A DNA stretch of 64,000 nt, from NCBI GenBank assembly GCA_963675595.2, contig CAXXLZ010000002.1, positions 2,560,001-2,624,000 of the forward strand. The letters run 5' to 3'. Under the pieces are notes generated by a model. It ran no database searches. It was not told where the DNA came from and saw only the letters and a list, made by a program, of their open reading frames with translations. Positions 46,991-56,206 of this stretch are shown one piece after another (position 1 is the stretch's first letter; each line of letters opens with the position of its first letter). Made by a program: the position numbers and the translations under genes. The DNA comes from Thermodesulfobacteriota bacterium (GTDB lineage Bacteria; Desulfobacterota; Desulfarculia; JACQYL01).

Positions 46991-49900
46991 CTATTGATAA
47001 TCGCCGACCAAAACGAAGGCCCCCCAGTAGCCTGGATGGGGAAAACGATTCTTCACGTGAAGCATCGCCTTGCGAAGACTTTCCGACTTCTCTTCTCGAG
47101 TGTACTGCCGGTAGAACTGTTTGATCAACATGCCCGTGGAGATGTCGCTGACCCTCCAGAGAGTGGAAATCAGGGCGTGGGTTCCCGCATATAAAAAGGA
47201 ACGGTTCATACCGATGACATCATCGCCTTTGGTCACTCGACCGAGGCCGGTCCGACAGGCACTCAGAACCACAAGATCCGCATTGATGTCGAGCCCGAAC
47301 ACCTCACCGGCTTCAAGATTCCCGTCCTCTTTCAGGTCCTTGACGAGCTTTACCGAAGAGAACAGCGGATTCACCGGATCGAATTCACCGTGAGAAGCGA
47401 AGTGAATGATGCCGAATTTCCCGATATTCGCGACGATCCAGCTTTCCGTGGCCTTTTCACCGGTGAGTACCGTCACGTCCGGAAAATTCCAGTGAATGGT
47501 CTCCACCTCACGCTCCGCAAAGGGCAGTTCGAGCGCCGGGTTGTCAAGAGCCGGGTTGCCCACGGCGAGTACCCGCGTATTCTTCGCAGCTCCCCTTCTC
47601 TCCAATGTATATTTGAGCACGCCGGCGCTGGGGAGGTAAAAAAGCGGATACCGATCCACGAGATAGGACTTCCCGTTGAATAGGACGGCAAAGGAAAGGT
47701 AGTGCAGAGGTCCGTGGGGTACGATGCCCAAGACCCGCACTCCTTCCAGAGAAGGAAGTTTGCCCAACAACAAGTCGTAAATCTCTCGAGACCTGTCTTC
47801 CAGAGGCTCAAGATTCTGAATCATGCGCCGGTAACCGAGTATGGTTTCGCCGAGGCTCTCCCGCCCCAAGGGGGTTTGCACCAACTCGAAAGAACCGGAA
47901 CGAACCACCCAGCACAACACACGATCCGCTGTAACATAATAAGATAACAGCGCCGTGTCCGCGGCGATGAGTCCCCGAACCTCATCCAGGGTCATGGGGG
48001 CCACGCTCACCAGGGAGGCCAGTTCGGGATTCCGGGCTTGAATCTCCAGGAGGAGGTCCCGATAATCATCGTTCAGCCCTTGAAGCGCCTTGTCGAACAC
48101 TTCCTTTTCCGCTGGAGAATTTGCCTGCGCCGACAATGTTTCCTGCTCCCGTATGCGGGAACGCAGAGCATTCAAACGGTCGTAGTGTTCGCGGTCGGCT
48201 CCCCTCAGGGAAAGCTTTTGGTTCCCCAGCAAATCGATGAGGTTTCGAGCCCGGGACCGTTCCGCCGCGTTGAAGGCGTCCTGAGGCAATCCCATATCCA
48301 CGAGCACTTCCACCAAGGCCTCATAGACCGCCGTCTTGTTCGAAATGAAGCCGTCCTTGAGACGGTCCAGTTTGATTTCCGCCCGCATCCCCTCGATGAC
48401 GTCCACCGCCTGAGCCAGCAGGTCTCTAGCCTCCGCCCGTCGTCCCGCTCCAAGTTCGATCCGGGCCAAGCCGTATAGCGCGCGCCATATGCTCTCTCGG
48501 AGCGCCATGGAACGGGCGGCGTCCAATGCCCGGCCGTAAACCTCGCGGGCTTCGGACTCCCTGCCCAAGTCAACCAAAGCCTCCGCCAGAACCAGCAAGG
48601 TTTTCGATTCGTTGATCCGGTTTCCTATAGCCGAGGCTTCACCAAGGGCTTCCTCGAGCAACGGAACCGCCTCGTCGGTCCGACCGATACGCATGAGGGT
48701 CTGGGCTTTGTTCCTCAAATCGTAGGCCACGGCCCAGCGGGACTTGAGTTTTCGATCGATGGCGAGGGCCCGCTCCAAAGAGTCCAAAGCCTCGTCGTAG
48801 CGCCCCATCTCCCTGTATACCAGTCCCATATTGTTCAGCGTGGTGGCGACTTCATCCTTCCTCACCCTTAGCTTTTCGGCTCGTTCCAGACCATCTTCGA
48901 GGTCCCGCAACGCGCGTTCGTTGTCCCCCAGCGTCCACCAAGTCAGGCCGGAAGTATTGAGCGCGATGACCTGCTCCAAGGCCCAGTTGTGCTCACGCGC
49001 CAGGTTATGGGCGGTACGCTGCAGTTCGAAGGCCTCCTGGTAGCGGCCTTGAAACCAAGCGTTGTCGGCCTGTTCGATGATGATCCGCGCCCTCAGCCTT
49101 TCTTCCTCCGGATCATCCCGTATCAAATTCAGAGCTCGGGCGTATCTTTCGTCCGCACCGGGAAAGTCCCCCAGCAGACGACAACAACGTCCCATATCCA
49201 GGAGCATGCCGGCCATGTCCGCCGTGGCGCCCATCCCGCTGTAGATTTCATAAGCCTTCTCGTAGTTCAGCTTGGCCCGTGCGTAGTTGCTCAGCCGCAG
49301 GTCCAAAATCCGGCCGATCCCGACATATTGTCGGGCCAGGAGTTCCGATTTTCCCAGCTCCGCACTCAGACTCGCGGCGTCCTGAAAACGTTTCAGCGCT
49401 CGGTCGTATTCCGCGGCGTTTTCCAGCACCACTCCCAAGTCGGCCAATGCCTCGGCGTACAGTTCTCCAAGGTCCAGGTTCTCCATCATTTCGGCCGCTT
49501 GCTCCAAGGTGGAAATCGCCTCCTCGTACCGCTCGGCGCGCGCAAGCACCAGCCCCAGCCTCAGAAGCGCTTCCGCGTGTTGTTCCGAGTCCGGACGCAC
49601 CCCTTCCCAAAATGTGGCCAGGGTCCGGGCGTATTTTTCGGCCTTGTCGAGACGGTCGATGCGAAAAGCGCTTTCCCTGGAATATTTGTATAAGTCGGGC
49701 AGATAGTTCTTCAGCGCATCCACTTCCAGCGCCACATCGAGAGCGCTCTCGAAATCCGCCAAGGCGTCGCCGAATTGATTTTTCCGGTAGGCCCCCACTC
49801 CTCCTCGCACATAATCGTTGAATCGATTCTTCCCGAATTCGACGGCGGCTTCCGGCTCCATGCCCCAATAGCCCGAGTAGAACCAATTTGAGACGGTTTC

Positions 49901-52900
49901 GCCTTCCGCAAGAGCGGCTCGATAGCCTTCCAACGCGGATCGATCTTCATAGCTTTTCAGGAACGTCGCCACAAATGATTTGATCTCTCCTTGAGACGGC
50001 GACCACAGAACCGTGGGACAGCCCATCAGCGAAAGGAGGTGCGCCGGGGCATAGGCCGACCCTTTAGGCGGTAGAGACAGCATCATCAGAGAAACATTGG
50101 ACAACCGCCCGGCCAACCTTTCGAGAGGAAACCGCACGCCTCCGGACAACTCGAAGGCGGGAAAGGTTTCTCCTCGAACGCCCGGACGCGTCGGCACCGT
50201 GACGGCCAAATAGGTTTTCGGGTTGAGGATCACGGTATGGGATTCTCGCAAGCGGTCCAACATTTCGGGGAAGTCGGAACCCGCGCCCATGGTTGTGACC
50301 TCGTATCCGGCTTCCCGAAGCGACCGGCTGAGTTCGTCCGTGGCGGACGATTCCGGTAGTCCGATCATGAGCAGATTACGTTTGAAGGGCTTGCGGGAAC
50401 GAAATGAACGCACCAAGTGAGTCGCGTTCAAAGCCGTCGGCGTTCCCGACGACAAACCGAGAGCCCTCGGCTGTTCATAGGCCCAAATCTCCAAGGTCCC
50501 TTCCCGCGAAACGGGCCTCCCACCCGTCTTCCATTGAGTGACCTGGAAATCGTCCGGACTGAGGGAGAACGCCAACCAAGGCTCCGGATCGCCTGGAAGA
50601 GCGTACCAGCGGACGCAGACCCCGTTGTCGGGGAGGCTCTCCATGACTTCCACCGCCTCCACCGGCATGGGAACAAAAGCGGCAAGGAGGCCTTTGGAAC
50701 CCGGCTCGTTCAAGAACCGAGCGGCTCCCTCAATCTCCCGTTGATATGTTTCCACCAAAGCCTTGAGATCAGGATCCTCGCTCGACTCCCTTCCTTCGCT
50801 CACCGCCCGTTCCGCAACCTGGTCCAAATGGGCCGACAATCCCATTACAATCAGAATGCGGTTCCGTTCCTCCTCGGTGGCGCCCAAGGCTGCGGGGCGG
50901 GGCAGGCGTTCCCGGTCCTTCCCGAGCTTGAGGTCCAGAAGTTCCCGCTCCTGATCCGCCCGAGTAGAAAGGTATTCCCGATCTTCTTCCGGTGCCTGTT
51001 GGAGAGCGCTTTCCAAGTCTCGAAGCGTGAGAAGTCCTTTGTAGGATTTCGCCGCGAGCTTTCGGTCCTCCTCCCCGACACCCGCGAGGAGTAAGGGAGT
51101 CAGTCGTTGGACTCTTTCGATCTCCGAGAGCCGTTCAATCAGATTAAAGGCATCCTCCGACAGTTCTTGATCCAACATTTCTTTGATCAGCGGCGCGAAT
51201 CCCGAAGTGACTTCAAGGGGTCCGCAGTCCGCCTCGAAAAGAGGAACCTTGCCCAGCACTTCGAGCGCTTCACGATATCGTCCCAGGACGAGCAGGGCCC
51301 GCCATTCCAGAGCGGGAAGCAATCCTTTGCGTGCGGATTCCAGGGCCTTCTCTGCGAAGCTTCGAGCTTTTTCCCGGTCCCCGAATTCCTCAACGCCCCG
51401 GCAAAGATTCAGCAGCACGACGCTTCGCAGAGCCAAGGCCTTCCGATTCCGGGCAACGGAAGGGGAATCGAGCAGTGTCTCCGCTCTGAAGAAGTGCCCC
51501 ACGGCCGATTCCAGGAGAGCGGCCTCTTCCGCCCGGCCTTCAACATCCGTATCCTTCGCCCCGAGCGCGGCGTTCAACAGGAAAACCCCCATGGCGTTAT
51601 GGTAGGAGGCCGGAATCAGATTCTCGAGGACGGTGGGGAATCGAGCCATCAACATTGTAACGCGCCGGTCCAGGGCCATGAGCCGCGAACGTCGGCCTTC
51701 TCCTTTTGAGGATTCGGAGAAATCCCGTGAGAGGCACAAAGCCATGTTGGACACGTTGACGGCCGAACTGACGGGGTTGCCCAGACGGAGCGCGATTTCC
51801 GCCGACCGCTCGAAATCATCAAAGGCGTCCAGAGGTCGCCTGCGAGCGAAAGCGAGAAGCCCCGCCCGGTGGGCCAGCAAAGAGACACCGTAAAGGTCCT
51901 CTTCTCGAATCGGTTTGCCTTGGGGATACCGGGCCCATTCCCGTCTTACCGCATCTTCCGCGAGTTCCAGCGCCCCGAGTTCCGTCTGAATGCGTGCCTC
52001 GAAGGTCTCCGCCAGTCTCTTTTCCTGTTCCTCGCTGAAGCCGTACAAAGCCTGTGTGGCTCCGGTCTTGTCCAAAGCCACATCCAAGGTAAGGCTTACA
52101 AGGGCGCTCTGTTCTCTGGTGTCCTTTTTTGGGGGAGCGGTCCCATGAGCGGAAAGCAGGTCCAACACCTCACGGAAACCTTCAAGAGACTGTTTCAGCA
52201 GTTCCTCCCGAGCGGCTCCGGACATGCCCCCGGCTTCCATGTAAGCGCAATAGGCGGCGGAACGACGATTCTTGGCAAGGTTTTCCTCTCGCCCCATCTT
52301 CCGATTCAAATGGAACGCCTTCAGGAAGGAGTCACGGGCCGCCGCCCACTCTCCGGCTTCCTGGTACGCCAAGCCCAACCGATCCAACATCTCCGCCTTT
52401 AACTCGAGAAGACGTTTCGGAAGTTCCAGCGCCTCCCGAACCCGCTTCGCCATATGGGAAAGGGTTTGAATCGTTTCCTCAGGCTTGTCGAGGATCAAGG
52501 GCGGCAGTTGTTCGATAATCCGTTCCTGCTCTTCAAGCAGACCTTCCACCGCCCGACGATACTCTTCCCAGGACGGGTCGGGAGGCGGAGGCACCGTCCG
52601 CCGACTCACCTGAAAAAGCCGGTCGTTCAGCGCCGACTGTTTAACCGCCATGCCGTCGGCCCGGTCTTTCAGTCCCGGCTCTTCTCGGGCCGGTATGAGC
52701 ACCCGGTCGGAAATATACCGCTCGATGCGCCCGAAAAGCTCCGAGGCTCGACGAGGCTCGATGCGTTCATCGATGAGGTCCAGCGCTTTTCCATAGGCCT
52801 CCACGGGCTTCAGCCGGTCCCCCGACTGAAAGGCCGAAGCGCCGAATCTCCGATAAAACAGGACCTCGGTGTCGGCATTGTCGAAGGGAACTTCTGTTTG

Positions 52901-55552
52901 CGATCGACGGGAATAAAGGTCGAAAGCTCGTGCGTACCGACCCAGCAGGAAATGGATGTTTCCCATGTTCAAGAGCAGATGGGCCCGGTTCTCCGGATTA
53001 AACCGAGGGTTGTTCAGAAAGTAGGCTTTTTGGTAGGATTCCAGAGCCTTTTCCAAAAAGTCGGGTCGATGATAGACGGTTTCGAGCACCTCGTATACAT
53101 ATCCAAGGGTCTGGTGGAAAAATTCGATTTGACCCTGTTGCCGGATGCAGGATTCAAGCAGGCTTTGTGCTTCCTCCAACGCGGGCTCGGTATCGAGATA
53201 GGTGAGGCACAACCCTGCGGCGTATCTCGCCGTCACGTCGTTGGGTCGTTCCTTCACGCGTTTCCGGTATTCTTCGAGTACCGAAGTGATTTCTCCCTGA
53301 GCGGCCGCGCACTTGACATACCCTCGGTGCGCCTCCACCAAGTCCCATTCCTCCCGAATGAGATTCCGAAACATGGATCGGGCGGAGGGAACCTCTCCCA
53401 GGCGATACAGAAATTCCGCCGCGGCAACGGACTTCCGGATGTAGCCCTCGCGAGCCAATCGATAGACATAATCTTCATAGGGCCTGATCGATATTTCTTT
53501 TTCATAAAGGTCCAATGCCCGGCGAAAGCGCTCTTCGCGGTATAAAATCTCGGCCAGGGCCAGTCTCGCGGCCGCAGTCTGATTGCCGTACGGGAGAAAA
53601 TAATCCAGTACGTTGCGATAGGCTTCCTTGGCTTTCGACCATTCGTCGGCGGCGTAATACAGGTCGCCGATCCGATTCCAGGCCCCCATGGCCAGACCAG
53701 GAAGGGAACCCCTGTATTGGTCGGCAATCCCGGAGAGTTGGGATACACGATCTTCCAGTGAAGCCTCGGGCCGTTCCGATATCGCCATGTCCAGAATCCT
53801 CTCGATGGCGGCATCGGACCACTTCCACACGGCCGAATATTTCTCCACGACCTCCACATAGGCCGGGAGCACCAAATCCATGTTCCCCAAAGTGCGATAC
53901 GCGTCCGCTCGCAACACCCGAGCTTCGGCCGAGAGGTCACGTTCTCCGTTTCCTTGCCGGATCACCCAATCCAGCAACCCGACGGCCTCCGATAGACTCT
54001 CGGAGCCCGTCCCGTGTTCCATGAGCAGTACGGCCCGGTCCAAACGACTCCTGAGTGTGACCCGAAGCTCACCGGGAGTCTCCTCGGCTATGCGCGACAG
54101 GCGATCAAGCGCCGAGTTCAAACGGTTGCGCCGCTTCCCATCGGAAGAAGCGCCGGCCAAGGCTTTCCGCCCCTCGATGAGAGCGCGACCGAGGCGGCTG
54201 AGGGCCGCTTCGGGGAGGATTTCCGGGTAGGACGAAACTCCTCGGGAGAAAGCCGCGGCGGCGGCCTCCGGTTTGCCGAGGTTGAGGTAAAGATCGCCGA
54301 TGAGGTAAAGAGCCCGGGCACAAAGTGCGCGAGCCTCCGGGAACGCTTCCACCACCCGGTAATACGCCAAAACCGCGAGCAGATCGTCGGGAGGATACTT
54401 GTCCGCGATGCGGGCGGCGAGTTCCATCTGCCCGTCCGCTTCCCGCTCGGTGGGGATTTCCCCAAGTGCGGGGAGAGTCCACACGTTGCCGACGCCGCTG
54501 CGGGAAGACAGGAAATACAGTCGCCCACCCCCCACCATGGGTTGAAGCGCTTCATAAGAAGCCGAAGTAACGGGGAACACGCCGGATTCCGGCGAATGCG
54601 CCTGCGTCCTAAAAACTACCGGCGGGACTTCCCGCCCGCGTTGCGACTCGTCTAAGTCGTGCGATTCAATACGAGTGAAGTAAACGCTTTCCCCGTCCGG
54701 CGACCATTGGGGATACAAGTCTCGAGCCGGACCTTGGGTCAAAGCCTTCGAAACCCCGGTGGCAATATCCAGCAGATAGATGTCTCCGCCCGGATCTTCC
54801 CGGAAGGAGACATAAGCCACTTGATCCCCTCGGGGTGAAAAGGCGGGAAAGGAGCCGTCGCCTCCGGTTTCAAGGACTTCCGTCACCGGCCCGGGGCCTG
54901 TGAGATTCATCAGGGCCAGCTTCCGGAAACGCTCTCCGGGTCTGAGCTGATGAAACACGAGCCGTTTCCCGTCCGGAGAAAAGCTCGGCCATCCGTCTTC
55001 CGTCTCTCTTCCCGTCAGGCGACGAGGCTCGGGCGTTTGCTCGCGGGTGTCCACCAGATAGAGATCGCCCTTGACGTCATGGGCGGTGCCTGCATAAGCC
55101 ACGAGAGCGCCGTCACGAGAGACGGCCGGAGCGTACCGATCCCCGATTCCTTCATCCAGCTTGCGGGGAACCACCACCACGTCGGGATCCCCGGACCTCA
55201 ACCATAGAGAGGAAAAGTCCCGGTCGCGCTCCGTGTAAGCCATCCAACGACCGTCGGGCGTGACACAGGCGTAAGTCACCGGGTCGGGCTCGAAAGAAAG
55301 CTGCACCGGCTCGTTCACCGGGAGCCGCGGCGGCCGCACTTTCGCTTCTTTCTCGAACGGACTTCCCTCGAAATCGCTTGAAACTTCCGCAGTTGGCCGA
55401 GACCACACTTTGGATTTCAAGGACTCCCATGTGGCGCATCCCGAAAAGCACAGAAGAAGGGCGCAACAACACAGCATGGGCCAATAACCGAAGTACCGTT
55501 TGTTCTTCGGTCCCCACCCGACTGGGTCGGCGGACGGACGAAAAAGCCTCAT
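46991..55552 (-). CDS. Giant lipoprotein: TolB-like PD40 propeller + TPRs + pseudo-CHAT + TPRs + CHAT (caspase-like) protease, ~2853 aa
   Basis: Lipobox-like LLLCFSG-C; PD40 repeats PSFSPDG, PAFSPRG, PQWSPDG; many TPRs; CHAT motifs IVPHGPLHYLSF, IIHFASHG, LVVLSACRTGLG, STLWRVSD, HPGYWGAFVLVG; ATGA overlap with the upstream gene. Confidence 0.9.
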   Translation of the reverse strand: MRLFRPSADPVGWGPKNKRYFGYWPMLCCCALLLCFSGCATWESLKSKVWSRPTAEVSSDFEGSPFEKEAKVRPPRLPVNEPVQLSFEPDPVTYACVTPDGRWMAYTERDRDFSSLWLRSGDPDVVVVPRKLDEGIGDRYAPAVSRDGALVAYAGTAHDVKGDLYLVDTREQTPEPRRLTGRETEDGWPSFSPDGKRLVFHQLRPGERFRKLALMNLTGPGPVTEVLETGGDGSFPAFSPRGDQVAYVSFREDPGGDIYLLDIATGVSKALTQGPARDLYPQWSPDGESVYFTRIESHDLDESQRGREVPPVVFRTQAHSPESGVFPVTSASYEALQPMVGGGRLYFLSSRSGVGNVWTLPALGEIPTEREADGQMELAARIADKYPPDDLLAVLAYYRVVEAFPEARALCARALYLIGDLYLNLGKPEAAAAAFSRGVSSYPEILPEAALSRLGRALIEGRKALAGASSDGKRRNRLNSALDRLSRIAEETPGELRVTLRSRLDRAVLLMEHGTGSESLSEAVGLLDWVIRQGNGERDLSAEARVLRADAYRTLGNMDLVLPAYVEVVEKYSAVWKWSDAAIERILDMAISERPEASLEDRVSQLSGIADQYRGSLPGLAMGAWNRIGDLYYAADEWSKAKEAYRNVLDYFLPYGNQTAAARLALAEILYREERFRRALDLYEKEISIRPYEDYVYRLAREGYIRKSVAAAEFLYRLGEVPSARSMFRNLIREEWDLVEAHRGYVKCAAAQGEITSVLEEYRKRVKERPNDVTARYAAGLCLTYLDTEPALEEAQSLLESCIRQQGQIEFFHQTLGYVYEVLETVYHRPDFLEKALESYQKAYFLNNPRFNPENRAHLLLNMGNIHFLLGRYARAFDLYSRRSQTEVPFDNADTEVLFYRRFGASAFQSGDRLKPVEAYGKALDLIDERIEPRRASELFGRIERYISDRVLIPAREEPGLKDRADGMAVKQSALNDRLFQVSRRTVPPPPDPSWEEYRRAVEGLLEEQERIIEQLPPLILDKPEETIQTLSHMAKRVREALELPKRLLELKAEMLDRLGLAYQEAGEWAAARDSFLKAFHLNRKMGREENLAKNRRSAAYCAYMEAGGMSGAAREELLKQSLEGFREVLDLLSAHGTAPPKKDTREQSALVSLTLDVALDKTGATQALYGFSEEQEKRLAETFEARIQTELGALELAEDAVRREWARYPQGKPIREEDLYGVSLLAHRAGLLAFARRRPLDAFDDFERSAEIALRLGNPVSSAVNVSNMALCLSRDFSESSKGEGRRSRLMALDRRVTMLMARFPTVLENLIPASYHNAMGVFLLNAALGAKDTDVEGRAEEAALLESAVGHFFRAETLLDSPSVARNRKALALRSVVLLNLCRGVEEFGDREKARSFAEKALESARKGLLPALEWRALLVLGRYREALEVLGKVPLFEADCGPLEVTSGFAPLIKEMLDQELSEDAFNLIERLSEIERVQRLTPLLLAGVGEEDRKLAAKSYKGLLTLRDLESALQQAPEEDREYLSTRADQERELLDLKLGKDRERLPRPAALGATEEERNRILIVMGLSAHLDQVAERAVSEGRESSEDPDLKALVETYQREIEGAARFLNEPGSKGLLAAFVPMPVEAVEVMESLPDNGVCVRWYALPGDPEPWLAFSLSPDDFQVTQWKTGGRPVSREGTLEIWAYEQPRALGLSSGTPTALNATHLVRSFRSRKPFKRNLLMIGLPESSATDELSRSLREAGYEVTTMGAGSDFPEMLDRLRESHTVILNPKTYLAVTVPTRPGVRGETFPAFELSGGVRFPLERLAGRLSNVSLMMLSLPPKGSAYAPAHLLSLMGCPTVLWSPSQGEIKSFVATFLKSYEDRSALEGYRAALAEGETVSNWFYSGYWGMEPEAAVEFGKNRFNDYVRGGVGAYRKNQFGDALADFESALDVALEVDALKNYLPDLYKYSRESAFRIDRLDKAEKYARTLATFWEGVRPDSEQHAEALLRLGLVLARAERYEEAISTLEQAAEMMENLDLGELYAEALADLGVVLENAAEYDRALKRFQDAASLSAELGKSELLARQYVGIGRILDLRLSNYARAKLNYEKAYEIYSGMGATADMAGMLLDMGRCCRLLGDFPGADERYARALNLIRDDPEEERLRARIIIEQADNAWFQGRYQEAFELQRTAHNLAREHNWALEQVIALNTSGLTWWTLGDNERALRDLEDGLERAEKLRVRKDEVATTLNNMGLVYREMGRYDEALDSLERALAIDRKLKSRWAVAYDLRNKAQTLMRIGRTDEAVPLLEEALGEASAIGNRINESKTLLVLAEALVDLGRESEAREVYGRALDAARSMALRESIWRALYGLARIELGAGRRAEARDLLAQAVDVIEGMRAEIKLDRLKDGFISNKTAVYEALVEVLVDMGLPQDAFNAAERSRARNLIDLLGNQKLSLRGADREHYDRLNALRSRIREQETLSAQANSPAEKEVFDKALQGLNDDYRDLLLEIQARNPELASLVSVAPMTLDEVRGLIAADTALLSYYVTADRVLCWVVRSGSFELVQTPLGRESLGETILGYRRMIQNLEPLEDRSREIYDLLLGKLPSLEGVRVLGIVPHGPLHYLSFAVLFNGKSYLVDRYPLFYLPSAGVLKYTLERRGAAKNTRVLAVGNPALDNPALELPFAEREVETIHWNFPDVTVLTGEKATESWIVANIGKFGIIHFASHGEFDPVNPLFSSVKLVKDLKEDGNLEAGEVFGLDINADLVVLSACRTGLGRVTKGDDVIGMNRSFLYAGTHALISTLWRVSDISTGMLIKQFYRQYTREEKSESLRKAMLHVKNRFPHPGYWGAFVLVGDYQ

Positions 55553-56136
55553 GGTTTGGCCGACCACGTTCCGTCCTCCAGTTGGATCCGCTCTCCGGGG
55601 AGAGCCGTATCTCTGTGGATTTTGGCGAAGACCTTTCTGATTTTGGGATAGTCCTCGGCCGTAAAATTCTCATTCACCTCGATGACTCGTCCCATCACCG
55701 TCTCGCGGGCCGCGTTCACTTGAGTCAGGACGGTCTCGAACTCTCCCGATTGGTAACGTGCGGCGAAGTCCTTCAAGTCTTCAGGAACATTTTCTTTTTG
55801 CAGCGGAAAAGCCGTCAGCAGGCCGTCGAGATTCTCGCCCACCCAACCCAGACGCTTGAAACGATCCACGTCGTCCGCGTGAAACGCCAGGGTCTGCATG
55901 GCTTCCTCGGCGTGTTTGTATTCCCCACTGTGCCTGGGCGGCGTCTCCACACGTCCCATGGGATCCACGCCTCGAACCGAAGAAACCAGCAAGAGATCTT
56001 TGTTCAGGGAATTGTAGGAACCCAGTACCTGGTTCTCCAGTGCGGTGCGTTCACTCACCACGTTCACATCCACCTTGGCCAACGTACAGCCGGCGGCAAA
56101 GAGCAAAAGGAGGCAAACGAATCGAAATTTCGCCAT
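55549..56136 (-). CDS. DUF1318 (YdbL-like) lipoprotein
   Basis: Lipobox LLFAAG-C; GWVGENLDGLL, VNAAR, C-terminal PGERIQLEDGTW..K match the DUF1318 pattern. Confidence 0.7.
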   Translation of the reverse strand: MAKFRFVCLLLLFAAGCTLAKVDVNVVSERTALENQVLGSYNSLNKDLLLVSSVRGVDPMGRVETPPRHSGEYKHAEEAMQTLAFHADDVDRFKRLGWVGENLDGLLTAFPLQKENVPEDLKDFAARYQSGEFETVLTQVNAARETVMGRVIEVNENFTAEDYPKIRKVFAKIHRDTALPGERIQLEDGTWSAKP

Positions 56137-56206
56137 GTGGGCCTCTTCTTTCGGTTATCTGAAATGGAACGTTATTCGGCCGGCATTTCGGGTTCGCCGA
56201 AAGCTC

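Noticed and set aside
46991-55552. TPR-CHAT as part of a type III-E CRISPR (Craspase) or gasdermin system
   Set aside because: No cas genes, CRISPR array, gasdermin-like or Csx30-like ORF seen in the window; the protein appears exported
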